Under the pieces are notes generated by a model that saw nothing but the letters and a program-made list of their open reading frames with translations, did not search any database and was not told where the DNA came from. A DNA stretch of 64,000 bases, taken from contig NC_087472.1 in assembly GCF_036321535.1 (NCBI RefSeq), positions 97,838,001-97,902,000 on the forward strand, written 5' to 3'. Of this stretch, positions 26,576 through 39,361 are shown one piece after another. Position numbers and translations under genes: made by a program. This DNA is from Camelus dromedarius (taxonomy: Eukaryota). How positions within the stretch are numbered: the first letter of the stretch is position 1; each line of letters starts with the position of its first letter.

Positions 26576-27454
26576 AGAAAGGAAGGTGGTGGGGAGAGAG
26601 AGAGAGGAAGAAAGTGAGGACAGGAAGGAGGACGAAAGTGAGAAAAGAGGAAAAGGAAGGAATTTAACATTTTTAAGTACTCCATCTAAAAACCTGTCAC
26701 AGAATGATTTCAAGCAGCATCTCAATAGACATTTCTAGAGATGAAATTATTCACACCACCCAGTAACTTAAAAAAAAAAGTGTCATGCTCTGATCTTAAG
26801 GAAAAGAGACAATCATAAAAGATGATGAAGGCTGAACCATCACTGGTACAGCTCAAGAGGCCTAATTGCAAAGTATGTGGCTGCCCACTCATCCTGCGAC
26901 AATGCCAAGTTCACCATGAAGAGCACAGTGTGGTCACTCAACCAGAGAACGGTGCACTGCCTTTCCGCCCAGATGAGCTGATCATCTCCCAGAGAAAAAT
27001 CAGCATTAACAAGAAAATGTTTAACTGAGACAGAACACAGAACTAACTCCTACAGGTGAGAATCTAAGGTGATCCTCTCAAGTTTTCAATGTTAATCATT
27101 GATGGACTTGGTCACCAAACCTCAGAGTAAGGTGCTTCAGTCTACACCATCAGTTAGGCTTCCTATTCTAATTCTCCACATGAAGAGGCCTGCTTTAGAA
27201 AGCCTGGGTGGATTCAGAAGTGCTCAGGTTGAGATGTTCTTTCTAGGCGCTCCCAGCCTGGGCCTCACATCCTGACTGGAGAAGCATCTTTCGGATACCT
27301 ATTACATGCTAGTCACTGAACCACATGCTGGAGACTCAAAGATCCTGACTTCACCAATTACTCACAGTGTGTCTTAAGGAAAGAAACTTACCACCTCTGA
27401 CCTCAAATTCCTACCTGTAAAATGGGAACAATGATAGGACTTCCAAGCTCACTT

Positions 27455-27720
27455 GGGTCATTGGAAGAAGTCATTTCCTTGCAGCTGTGGGACACCTTGC
27501 AGCTGGCTTCTTCAAAGCTACCAAGGAGTCTCTAGAGTAAGCTGCTAGCAAGAAAGTTTATATAATGTAACCTAATCATGGGACTGACATCCCATCATGT
27601 TTGCCATAGTCCATTGATGAAAACAAGTTACCAATCCCAAAATCAAGGTGGGGAATAATACAAGAGTATAAACACCAGGAGATGGGGATCACGGGGGCCA
27701 CCTTGAAGTCTGTCCACCAC
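27455..27720 (-). mobile_element. MaLR MLT1 LTR fragment
   Basis: atggga..gacatcccatca...aacaccaggagatggggatcacgggggccaccttgaagtctgtccaccaca, the reverse of an MLT1 5' end. Confidence 0.7.
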
Positions 27721-27844
27721 AGTTAGGGATAAAGCCAAGCATTTCCAACAGAGTATGAGAAATGCTCTAATGGTCAATTACAGAATGCTGCGCACAGAAC
27801 TTTTACTGGGTAAGTCGTGGTGGTGGTAGTGGTTCAAGACTTAC

Positions 27845-27950
27845 TGGAGGAAGAACCATAAGCTGAGACAAGGAGGACATGTCCGAGTTTGCCATGTAGG
27901 TACTGGGAAGGGTATGTGTTCCAGACAGAGAGCCCGATGGAATGAAAACA
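27845..27950 (-). other. Candidate 106-nt internal exon of an unidentified gene
   Basis: Minus strand: acceptor ttaatttttatttatag|TGTTTT, donor CCA|GTAAGT. Stop-free in all three frames, e.g. VFIPSGSLSGTHTLPSTYMANSDMSSLSQLMVLPP. Not a recognisable repeat. Confidence 0.45.
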
Positions 27951-29894
27951 CTATAAATAAAAATTAATGCATATGACCAACCACGTTTCATTTTATTTTG
28001 TATTCTATGAACTGCTAACATGTTACCAGGTGAAAGTTCTCCATCATAGGCACAAGGTCACACCCAGTAAGTTTAAATACTTTCTTAAATTAATATCTAA
28101 AGGAAAAATCTTTTCAAATTTGCTCCTCACTCTTAGAGGGAAATGCTTACAGTGTTCTCAAAGAAAAGATTTCCAGTTTATGAGTTCCCATCACTATTTA
28201 AAATAGTGACTGACTCCTAAGGTTTTAGTGTATCCTTGGTCTTGAACAAACCTAGCTCAGATCCCAGCTCTTTGCCAATCTCTAAAGTAATTATCTTCTG
28301 AAAAGAAAGGCCCATGGGTGGGAAAGCACCAGCTGTTGAACGCTTAATACTACATGCCAAGTGAACGGCCAGTTGCCCAAATAAAATAGGTATCTAAGCC
28401 AGGTGGGATTGTTTATTCTAATTTGCTTATTCAAATTGGAATGTAGCCAGTTAGTTTTGTAAAAGGCGCTTGCAAAATAATAAACTGGTATTGACTGCTA
28501 GACAGTATCCTCCTCTGTGATGTCTATACTGAACCTCCACTTCAAAAAGACCCCTGAACTTTGCCCTCTGCTTAATTTCTAATGGTGCTCAGATTTCTCA
28601 GCCATATTTAACATCAACTCCAGAAAAGTCCATGAAATGGGGCTTGAGAGCAGAGCTTACTGTGATAGATTATAGTTAAAGCAAAATCTTTATTGAATTA
28701 CTTTCAAAGAATAAGTTCTAGTAGTCACACTCCCTCTATGCCTAAGTGTGTCCATAAGAATGCCTTCTGGTATGAGAAACAGAAGTCCTCATGTAAATGA
28801 GCTAAAGCACTAAAGAAGATTTAGAGGCTAATGTAACTGCTAAGTCCACAGATAGTGGTGGTTTCAGATACAGTTTGATCATGCCTTCTGGCTCCACTTC
28901 CCTCCTAAACTCTAGGCAATTTTCTCAGCTCTTTTAAAGGCGGATTCCCAAGAGTGACTGTGAGTAGCAATTTACATCCAAGAGGAGAGGATTCCTTCAA
29001 CCATTCAGTGAAAACCCTGACCACTGAGCCAAGAAAGCCACATTCAAACCAGTCCCTGTGGCCAGGGGTCATCATTTGTTAAATGATTCAGTTGTGTGAT
29101 TTCACAAGGCAGTGTGGTTGTGTATGTCTTTATCTGTGAGGCCAGTGTGAGGAATTGAGTCCCCTAGCCAGTGTATGGGTCTTACAGGCTGCCCAGCACC
29201 TGCAGCTCAACAGAGCTGTCTCTTCTCTAGATTGTGTTCATACTATAGACAGATTTATGAATACAGGCATGCCTGAAGGTCTACTGAGATGCACAGGGAA
29301 TGTCAAGGGCCCACTCTTTGAGGTTTGATAATGTACCACAATGGAAGCACTCAGAGCTATTCCCAAGCGCCCCAAATCAAAACATCAAGACGTTCGGCAC
29401 GCTGCAGAATTCCACTGTCTCATGCCCCATAACCAAACTTACTTGAAAATCAATCTCATAGCAAATCTAGGACAGGGGAAATGACCCCAGCTGCACCAGC
29501 AGCCTCTCCCTGACCAGCTTATACAATAATCTTAGAATTGTATTTAATCATGGCATTTCAAGAGTCCTTTTCAAAGTACTCTTTTTGCTCCTCCAATTTT
29601 CTAGGCCTTCACATCTCTCAAGATATCAAACATGATGTTTTTAGGAGCCAACCAAGTTATACATAATGCATTTTTATGTTCCTAAATTAACAAAGTGACT
29701 TTAGATCTGTGAAGGGTGTTAAAAATTATATAAGCCATGTAAGTATTTTTATTTGTTCAAACATTTCCAGTTTCCTTCAGGGCTTAAAAGTTTCTGAGAA
29801 CTTTATATTTCTAAGTAGGCCCAGCTTGTTATGTATGGGGAAAAAGGTACTCTAAAAACATGGCCATTTTTTTTTTCTTAAGGGCCTCATGGCC

Positions 29895-29897
<3 letters not shown>

Positions 29898-29931
<34 letters not shown>
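29898..29931. repeat. Poly(T)34 homopolymer
   Basis: Counted directly. Confidence 0.95.
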
Positions 29932-29933
<2 letters not shown>

Positions 29934-30019
29934 ATTTTCTAGAATGCCAACCAGTCATTTTGGGCATATCTATCCCCAAACGATAGAGTATATAGACAGC
30001 TTGCTTCTTTCTAATCAGC

Positions 30020-30476
30020 ATTCATGAGGTCGAGTGGACCATGAGATAAGGATTTGAGTGCAGGTAGTTTATTTGCAAGGTGATCCCAGAAAACACCAGT
30101 AAAGAAGGGAAGTTAGATGGGAAAAGAAAGCAACCAATTCAGGATGTGCTGTCAGGGAGCAGGTGTCTACCGTCTGCTTTTGTGGCTTAATCCTGCTGGG
30201 GACCCCTGGGAGAGAGAGTGTAGAATAAGCTTCAGTGTTATCTCATCTGAAGGGCAAGTAGCTGGGATATTTATTCTTCAAATCCTTTCCATCACTGGTG
30301 GGGGGACTGGTCCCAAGGGGGCATTAGCTCTTGGATATTTCTGGCCTTCCCAGACAAAGGTCAAGACAAAGGCCATAAGCAGAGAGCTGCTCAATGCCTG
30401 CAGAAGGATGCTAATAGTACACACTGGTCCTGGGAGTGCAGACAGTATGGGCGGGGCACCAGCATATTTGCAGCAA
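30020..30476 (-). mobile_element. ERVL solo LTR (LTR16C-like)
   Basis: tgagataaggatttgagtgcaggtagtttatttg...gtatgggcggggcaccagcatatttgcagca; similar to the copy at 14848. Confidence 0.75.
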
Positions 30477-30624
30477 TGCCTAAGGGTACAGGGTTAATAT
30501 GGAGATACTTCTTGGTACCAATCGTAAGTATCACTGGTTGTTACTTTAAAAAGGAAACATTGCATTCAAGAAATTCCTATTTCTTGAGGTTAACCGGTAT
30601 CATTTCACTTACATCTCAAGGCAT

Positions 30625-31020
30625 CGTTGCAGAGTGAAAAGCGCCCTGAACTGGGGATGAGCAGAGCTAGGATCTGGCCCAGACTCTGTGGCCTCATATG
30701 CAGTGATTCTTGACTCTGGACCTCAGTTTCTTCAACGTAAATTGAAGCCTTAAGCTAATGATAATAGAAAACTCAGATCTGGCCTTATTACATGCCAGGC
30801 ACCATTCTGAGTGCTTTAGGGATGTTAACTCATATTAACCCTCAAGACATTCAATGAGATGAGGACTGTTATTATTATCTTCATTTTACAGAGAAGAAAA
30901 CAGACACAATGTGCTTAAGTAACTCGAATGAGGTCACGTTGGCAGTAAGTGGTAGAACCGGGATTGGAACCCAAATTATCTGGCTACAAAATCAGGACCC
31001 TTAACCCCAACTAGGCTTCC
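30625..31020. mobile_element. Two adjacent MIR fragments in opposite orientation
   Basis: Plus fragment ctctggacctcagtttcttca (about 30625-30745). Minus fragment catgccaggcaccattctgagtgcttt...cattttacagagaagaaaacagacaca (about 30760-31020). Confidence 0.75.
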
Positions 31021-31644
31021 TCTTAATGTAGTCATCTCTAAGCCCCCCTCATTACTAGTGATCTGTAATCTTTGACCTCTGATAAAACCAGGCAGGAGAG
31101 TAGTATATTCCTTTGCCGTATGTTTTGACTTCCTTTGCCTGACACAGGCTGACTTGTGTCTTCCCTCTCATGGCATAATTTACAAGATACATTTATAGCA
31201 GCTAGCAATAACCGGAAAACATCATGTACCTAGTAGGTCCTAATATATCCTGTCTGGAAATGGCAATCCATGTCTGCATCAGGAAGAGATGTGATTTAAA
31301 TCCTTAAGAAAATGAATTGTCATATCTTTCCAATACCCTTGCAAATATTTCACCAACTATGGAAGCTTTAGACCATCAAAAACTGATCTTCTGCCAGTTT
31401 TATTACTAGAATATATCCTTTCAGAATGTAACCTACATTTGTTCAAGTAAGATGCCAATAAACCAGTCATCATCAGTCTGACTAGGATTTTCAGTTTCCA
31501 CTGGAGAGCAGTCGTATATATCAGCTCAAGGTAATCAGGCCAGTTTCCATCATCTCTAAAAGTCTGGTCCAAAAATTTCTTAGAATATCACTTTCAGATG
31601 TCTGAAAACTTCCCTCTGAACTCATATTATTATGGTGAAAGTTA

Positions 31645-32045
31645 TTTAATTCATTTATAAAACGTATGCTGATTTCCTACTACATACAGCCCACTATGCT
31701 AGGAATTGAGATTTGAGGATAGTGACATCCATTGCTGTCTCTGCCCTTTATGATGCTTCAAATACAGAAGGCGAGAGGGATACAGGACAACAATACTGGA
31801 AAGTGAATGACATGTAGCAAGCGAGACTCTAAGTGTAAGGTGAATATGGAACTGGACATCCTCAAAGATCTAAATTACTGAAATGGTGTCTGGTGCTTAT
31901 GACTGAAGATCTTCATTCATTCATTCACCAAATAATTACTGAGCACCTATTATTATGTGCCAGGAATTTTGCTGTAAAGAAGATGTTTGCAATCAAGAAG
32001 ACAGCTATGGATTTTGCTTTCATGCAGTTTACAGTTTAATTGGGT
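31645..32045 (-). mobile_element. L2 3'-end fragments
   Basis: ttcattcattcattcaccaaataattactgagcacctattattatgtgccagg is a reverse L2 tail. Confidence 0.65.
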
Positions 32046-33644
32046 GATTGACAGATGAATTAACAACTGTTCCACCTCTGGCAGGTGCCACAAGTCCCTT
32101 ACCATCGTAACCTTCCAGGAGCCAATTCTAACTCCTCAAACATCCAACCTAGATGATTTTCTTCACTTTGTGCCTTAACTGGTTTCCCCCTTCAGGTCAA
32201 GGAGGGTTCAAATGATGTGTTTTTAAAAGAAAGAGAAAAGGTCATCCTTTTTGCTGTAAAATTCTCTGGCTGGAGCCAAAGGATTCCCAAGCACCAAAAG
32301 AAGAGGCACATGGAGAGGGAACATAGCTAGGCAGAGTGGAACGACTATGGAATTCTCTACACAGTGAAGGGATGAGGTTAAGGGAAGAGGTTTAATGAGC
32401 AGTCATGCCATTAAACACCAGAAGAGATGACAGGCACCCACCTAACCTGGCTTCTCTGGGCACCCCTTGTGCCCCCTACACAGATCACATCCTCTTTTGA
32501 GCCTCTGAAGGCAAATTTGCCATTTGACGTGTTTTTTATTTTTTTCTGTTATCTAATAGAAACAAAAGAAAACAAAACAAAATTCCTAAGGAGGGTAGGA
32601 AGTGAGAGAAGGATGGACCACTGACGCTGTAAAATCCAAGTGATGGCCTTTATAAAGTGCAACACAACGGCAAAGTGAAATATGCCTTTGACATTCTTTA
32701 AACCTTCCGGACATTCTGGCCACCCTTCCGAGCAAGAATCCTTTTGGTTCCCTTACTAACTTTACACTTAGATTTCTCACTATAAACAGCAACTAAGGAT
32801 GTGACTCTGGCTATGATAACATATGACTCAAGCACACCCCTTGGGCACATACTGTGGTCTCTTATCAGATGACCTGCCTGACTTTGACACCCTTCTCTAC
32901 TTCAGGAAATTTTGTAAGATGGAGTTTTACGTGTAACCAGTCCTAATTCCCTTTATCCCCAAAGGCTCCCAAGCCAGCAATCTTGGAATGATCCATGCCT
33001 TGCGATTCTCACATTTCCCTTATCTCTGAGACTACTTCTCATGTTTGATTTGATGCCACTCGAAAAATATTCACCCCTTGACCTGCAATAGAACTGAAAT
33101 CCCCATATATATCCTGACCTCTTCTTGCATCAACCCTTTGTCATACCACCTCCTAATACCTTTCTAAATCCCTCCTGAACATGAGAATTCTGTTCCTTAT
33201 AGCCGCCCCAAACTCACTCATCTCAACTTTAGCTATTCTAATCATTTTGTTTAACTCCAGTTTTTGAAAATTCAGCATGTGTTGCTTCTTGCAGCTCAGT
33301 TTATAGCCAAGGGCTTCATCCTACTTATGTCAGGTTTCCACTGTAAAATTTAATTGGAAAATTGAGGCAAAGATAGGTAATCCAGGGAAGAGCTTAAAGA
33401 TAAAAATAAAAAACTGAAATGGTTTTACCATCAATATTGGCTACTCTCCCATCATCTATCTACATCTTGCTTTGAAATAGAAGGGAAAATGAATGAAGAC
33501 CAAGGAAAAGATCAGGGTAAGAAAAGGGGTAAGTCGGAAGACACTCAGAATCAAATCTGGCTAAAAAAGAACCAAACTTTGCCCCCTCCCCTACTTTCCC
33601 ACAACCCCTTATCAAGTATTACTTCACAGTGGACTTTTGTTGAA

Positions 33645-33860
33645 AGGTGCCTTGCAAAGAGTTTTGGAAAGAGCGTGAACACTGGGAACAGATGAACTTG
33701 GACTCTAATCCCAACTCTATCATTTGTTTGCTGTATGACCTTGTGCAAGTTACTTATCCTCTCGAAATTGTTTTCCCATCTACAGAATGAGGGTAATAGT
33801 CCTTCCTTATAGGATTGTTGTGAGAATTAAATGAGATGACTTATAAAAAGCATCTGTCAG
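33645..33860 (+). mobile_element. MIR SINE
   Basis: gctgtatgaccttgtgcaagttactt...cccatctacagaatgagggtaatagt...ggattgttgtgagaattaaatgagat. Confidence 0.85.
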
Positions 33861-34994
33861 GGGAACACACATTATATCTGGTCGCTCCCTTCCATTACCT
33901 TTAACTGAATGATTCAAAGAATTCTGTTTCAACATTGATTGATTCTACATTCCACTGAGATGCCAAATCGCAAACCCAGCAAGACAACAGCAGAGACTTC
34001 TAATATTTCCCCAAGATTTCCACAAGGAGTTAGTAATCTAGGTGGACTAAACTTCATTCAGGCAGGCTACACAGTTTTCGTGCCTTTTAGATAGCAATCC
34101 TCAAGCCTACAGTATCTTCAGACTGACCTGGTTTGCATACTACATATATATTTCAGAAGGATGGGTTCTAGAAATCTGTTTGTGACAAATTTCTAGGTAG
34201 TTCTGACATTCATCCAAGTTTGAGAGCCTTGCCTCTTTAAAAGATGCTTCACTACTACAGTTTCATTTATAAACCAAGTCACATCCTCCCAACTATGTTA
34301 AAAAGTCCAGGGAGATACTACTTGTCTGACCACTAATAAATATGTCATTGCTCAACATCATTGTTTTCTGGAGGTTCCACTCTATGTGAATTAACTTTTT
34401 GAATTTTTGTTCAATTCTTAAGGTAATTTCGCAGGTCTTGAATGCCAGTGGCCTGAAGACAATTATTATAAATAAACTAAAAATAAAATGTAGTCGAATT
34501 TGCAGAAGTCTGCCAATGGCCGAACTAAATCTATAAATGGGAGAATAATTTACAACTAACATGAACAAATGATGGATCAGTAACTGTATTAAAGCCACCC
34601 GTGCCAAAACCTTTAGCCAGATCTCCAGCCTATGTAATCTGCCCAAGTCCCTGAAGCCCTTCCCTCCAGAATGGATGGATCCTATCTCATATGCAAGGTG
34701 TTCCAAAGCAAAACATCAGACAGTGCACTGTACCCTGGGAATGTCACCTGGGATACTTTGGCCAGGCAAGCTGAAAGTATTCAAGGGGGAAAGTAATAAA
34801 AGAATACTTAGTACATTAGTGGACATCACAAGTTCTGATTTTAAAAGATGTGTTCTCAAACAAAATATGTTTAAGAAAAGGTATTTTAATTTTTCTTCAT
34901 TTGGGCATAAAAAAATCTCTACAAGCTTCACTCACTCATCCATATATGTCACTGAACCAGCGTTTACTGATGATACGTTATTTTCTAGGGTTTG

Positions 34995-35330
34995 CTGTTG
35001 CAGACGCTCTAGATGCCCCTGCCCACCCTCTGCTTAGCTCTCATCACACCCTTTCACACCAGTGGCTTTTTTGGCAACCCCCTGATTTTCCACCTAAGGG
35101 TATTCTGGAACTAAGTTAAAAGTACAGCACAGGTCCAAATACCAGGAGCTAAGACCTCTCAGTCAATAAAGGATGGGGGTTGGCGGAGAAACATCCCAGT
35201 GTCCTCACCTTGGAGTGAGACACGTCTGACGAGAGTTCTGTACAGCTTCCCAAAAGTCCCCAGTGAGATCAGCCCCAGGTGCCGTGCCCTGGAGACTCAA
35301 ACACAGTTTGCGAGACAGACCCAAGCCAGC
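34995..35330 (+). mobile_element. ERVL solo LTR remnant (LTR16-like)
   Basis: Starts tgttgcagacgctctagatgcccctgccca; internal cagcttcccaaaagtccccagtgagatcagcccc. Confidence 0.55.
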
Positions 35331-35644
35331 TGGTAAGTGCTGTACGGTAATAGAAAATATATCCAGATAGCACAGGAGGAACGACTCTCCATGCACGTTA
35401 AGGAAGGCTTCACAGATGAGGTCAACATTTTAGTTGTCGAAAGTATGTGCAGAAGCTCAACATCTATCTAAGAAGAGAAAGGGCATTTCAGACCATGAGA
35501 GCAGCATGCAAAAAGCACCGTATCCCCCCACCTACCCTACCATTTCTTACACGCACGTATGCAAGATCCCTGCGCGATTCTGTATACTTGGAGAGCAGAG
35601 CACACTGGGAAGAAATGCAGATTAAAGTAGAAAAGGAATTCATT

Positions 35645-36111
35645 GTTTGGTAGCGGATGTCCCGATGCACCTTTCCTCCCGTAACTAGTCTCTCGGGTAG
35701 TCTTCTCCCACACTGAATCTGGACCAGCCTTAGGACTCCTCTGCAGTCAACAAAATGCAGCAGAAGTAAGCTCTGTGGCTCTGGGCCTCAGGTTGGAGGA
35801 GACCTGATTGCTGCTGTCCTACACGTTATGGAGCCCCGAGCTACCACGTAAGAAGCCCGGCCACCCCGCTGGAGACGTCACGAAGAGGGGCCAAGTGGGG
35901 AGGAGGGACCCTAGAGTCCTAGGTTCCCCTCTCAACACAGCTGCCCCAGCCGAAGCGCCGGAGCTCCGAGTTCAGTCACCTGTTTATACCAGCCTCAGAT
36001 GCCATCTTGAGGGATCCCAAGAGAAACTAGCCCACAGAACTGTGAGAAATAAAAGTTTGTTTTAAGCAACTGTTTTCAGTTGATTTGTTCTGCAGCAACA
36101 GAGAACCAAAA
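35645..36111 (+). mobile_element. MaLR MLT1 (G/H-like) solo LTR
   Basis: caacaaaatgcagcagaagt...gctaccacgtaagaagccc...cccacagaactgtgagaaataaa...tttgttctgcagcaacagagaacc. Confidence 0.75.
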
Positions 36112-36227
36112 TGTGAAGGGTCTTAAAAGCCACAATGAGCGGCCCGCATGTAATTCGAGACAAAAGACATTAACAAACTGATTGGAGGTCGATGAAATCG
36201 TTTTGGAGAGAAAGGTCTGAAGGAGGA

Positions 36228-36450
36228 GCCACCATTTATCATCAAGGGTCCACTATGTTCCAGATATTTTTTAACTCTTATCTTATTTAATTATCACAAA
36301 ACATTATGAGGTAGGCACTGTTATCCACAATTTGTAGGTACAGAATTGAGAATCAGAGTTTGACAAGCTCACCCCAGGTCACAGCGTTAGAGCTGAGACT
36401 AAGCCCAGGACTCTGTGATTCCAAAAGCCTTGTTCTTTTCATGACTACAC
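36228..36450 (-). mobile_element. MIR SINE
   Basis: ttatgaggtaggcactgttatccac...ccccaggtcacagc...gagctgagactaagcccagg. Confidence 0.75.
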
Positions 36451-37637
36451 CATGATGCTGAGAGACAGAGACAGAGACAGCGTGGTAGGAAAGGCTGTAT
36501 TTGAGACACACTTGTGAGGCAGAATTCACAAATATGGTGAATGACTGGGATGTATCTTGGTCATGGAGAGCATTCAGCAATGATACTGCCTTCTATCTCA
36601 AGTGACAGGTTATTATAAAAAGTGCATGGTTACACATTGTAGAATTAAAAGTGAAGAATCAGGTAAAAAGTAACTCATTCGACATGCAAAGGAATAAGAT
36701 AAATATGAGGCCATTCAGGGTTTTGCATTTGGACAGTGCTTTGCAGAACTGATGATAATATATATAAAGAAGATCTAGGAAAGTAAGAAATTCCAAACCA
36801 CTGCACATAGAAAGGACTCAAAATATTTCTAACTCAGCCCTCCAGGTTTCAGGTCAGAGGCTGCCTTACTTTAAGCCCTCTGAGGTTTTTATACCAGGGC
36901 TGGGAGAACTTACTTAAATCAAGAGCCACTGAAAGAAAATATTTCTCTCATTCATTGTCCAAAGGGCAGGTTTTTTACTTTATCAGAATTAGAAAGGAAG
37001 AGTTCAGCAAAATATTTTTAAGAAATATAGCAACACCATAAAAATTTTATATTAATACCATTTTTCAAGAACTGAAAATTTTTTTAAGAAGATATAAAAG
37101 TGAAAACTGTATTCACCAGAAAAAAAATGCTATCCACACATTGATCCATTCTGAAGCACCAGAGGTAGGAGACAGAATATTCCTGTGAGGGCCATGGACA
37201 CTCAGAAAAGAAAAGAAAAAGAAAAAAAAAAAAAGGAAAAGAAAAACTCAGTCAAAGCTCCCATAGGAAACAGTAACTTTATTTTTATTGTGTTTTAGAG
37301 CAAGAGAAAGGTTAAGTGTTCTCTGCTTTAAAAATTAACAAAAGGGAGCACAAAATACTATCTAACGTGAAATTTTATCTTTGTTTTATTTATACTAAAA
37401 TTATTTCTCTCTTGAATCTGTGCAATGAATACAGAAAATAAAGAAACTAAGTGAACCAGGCCTTGCTGATTCTATAGTCCATGGGCTCCCCAATACACCA
37501 GGCTGCCTATTACAGAATCAAAAGGATGTCCTTCCCTAGAACACAGCTCCTAGAAAAGGAGATGTGAAAAAACATTTTCCAAGGGAACATTATGCTCCAG
37601 AGTGAGCTTACTATCCCCCCAAACACACCACCCTGTT

Positions 37638-38102
37638 AGTATGGTGGGATGGACTGAATTTTCCAAAGGGGGTCACAATAATGTCGGTATGACTTCCAAG
37701 GGTAGATCAGAAGAAGCCTTGCAGTTTCTTCCTTGGGCTTTTGAATGCTCAGTCTCCAGGTGCTCCCTTTTTGGATGCTCTCTTAGGAACCCAGTCACCA
37801 TTCTGTAAGAAGCCCAAGCCACATGGAGAAGCCACGTGCAGGTGCTCTGGTCAACAATCCTTCGGAGCCCAGCCGCTGTGTCCATCCCAGACATGGGAGG
37901 GGAGAAGCCCCTAGATGACTCCAGCCAGCAGCTCTCAAGCCACCCTAGCCAACTGGGTCTTCCCAGATGAGGACCAGACACTGTAGAACAAAAATAGTCC
38001 CTCCCCATCATGCCCTGCTCCAATTCCTGACCCACAAAAAAAGCTGTTGTTTTCCACCACTAAGTGTTGGGTGGTTTGTTATATGGCAAAAAAGAACCAA
38101 AC
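37638..38102 (+). mobile_element. MaLR MLT1 (F/G/H-like) solo LTR
   Basis: gaagcccaagccacatggagaagccacgtg...ccctagatgactccagcc...ccactaagtgttgggtggtttgttatatggcaa. Confidence 0.75.
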
Positions 38103-39361
38103 TATACGCACTTGGCAAACACTCTTCCCTCTTCCCTGCCTCGCTGCCTCCCATCTTCACGTATCATTTTACCCACCATCTTCCCTAGGAAGCATCTATC
38201 AGCCACCCTCCAGCTGCCGACAAAAGTGAAAACAATGGGCTTGTAATGCTTATACAATTTTAAAACAAGTCTCTCTCTCCTTCCCTTTCTACTCAGATTG
38301 CCTTTTATGGATCAATTCTGGAGGCACCAACTCTTCCCACACCCACTCATACAGAGGACACCTCACACTGTATCTGTTCAACAGTTGGCTTCTCCCAACA
38401 GACTGGTGTTCTCTGAGTGTTGAATGGTATCTGGTTTACTTCCCAGAGTCTAGTATAGTATATGATACAGAATAGCTACTCCATATGTATTTAGTGAATG
38501 AATGAGTGAAGGAATGAATGGATCTACACATGGCACCAGCCCTCCAACTAGCACACTAAGGCAGGGCACAAGCAGAGGCACAGCTGACCTAAGGGAACCT
38601 GCAAAGACTAAGTGTCCATGAGCCTGATCCCTCCCTCCATAGCTGGGAGGACTTTAGGAATATACTTTTCAAAACTCAAAAAGAACAAAAATACTAGCTC
38701 ACAATAGCACTCATTACTAAGTGTTGTACACAAATTTACCCATTTACTGTTCACAACTTTAGAAGGCAGTTATTAACTCCACTTTAAAAATTAGAAAAAC
38801 AGACATAAAGAGATTGAACAACTTGCCCAACATCATAGTAGGAGATTTACTCCCCCCAAGACCAGAAAATCTGCTCAGCTGACAGCACTAGCATCAACGA
38901 AAATTCTAGATGTATAGCAGCCAAAAAGGAACCATAACCCATGGCTATCCACTACCCTTCCATCTTCCTACCCCTCAACACAAGATGCAAAAAGAAAAAT
39001 AAAAAAGACAATGAAGCCTTAAAAAAAGAACATCCAAAAGAATCTGCAATACCATATTGACTCCTACCACTTATAATGAACACAAGATCCCATCGACAGT
39101 AGAAAGTTTTGAAGAAAAACATAAAAACCAAAGTCAAGAAGCACAGTTAATAAAACACTAGCTAGTCATAGTTCTAACATGGATTTTAACTGTAAATAAT
39201 ATAAAAAATGATATGTGCCCAGCAATTTGAAGAATCATGACTAACAAATGACAAATTCACCCCTGAATCAAAATAACGAATCTCACATTGATCTTACCCC
39301 AGCCAACATTTCAGCTTGATGAAACTTTTGCCTGGTTCTGCCAATTTACATTACGCTCTGG

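Noticed and set aside
34293..34706. 137-aa minus-strand ORF
   Set aside because: Non-ATG start, no recognisable homology and no convincing paired splice sites.
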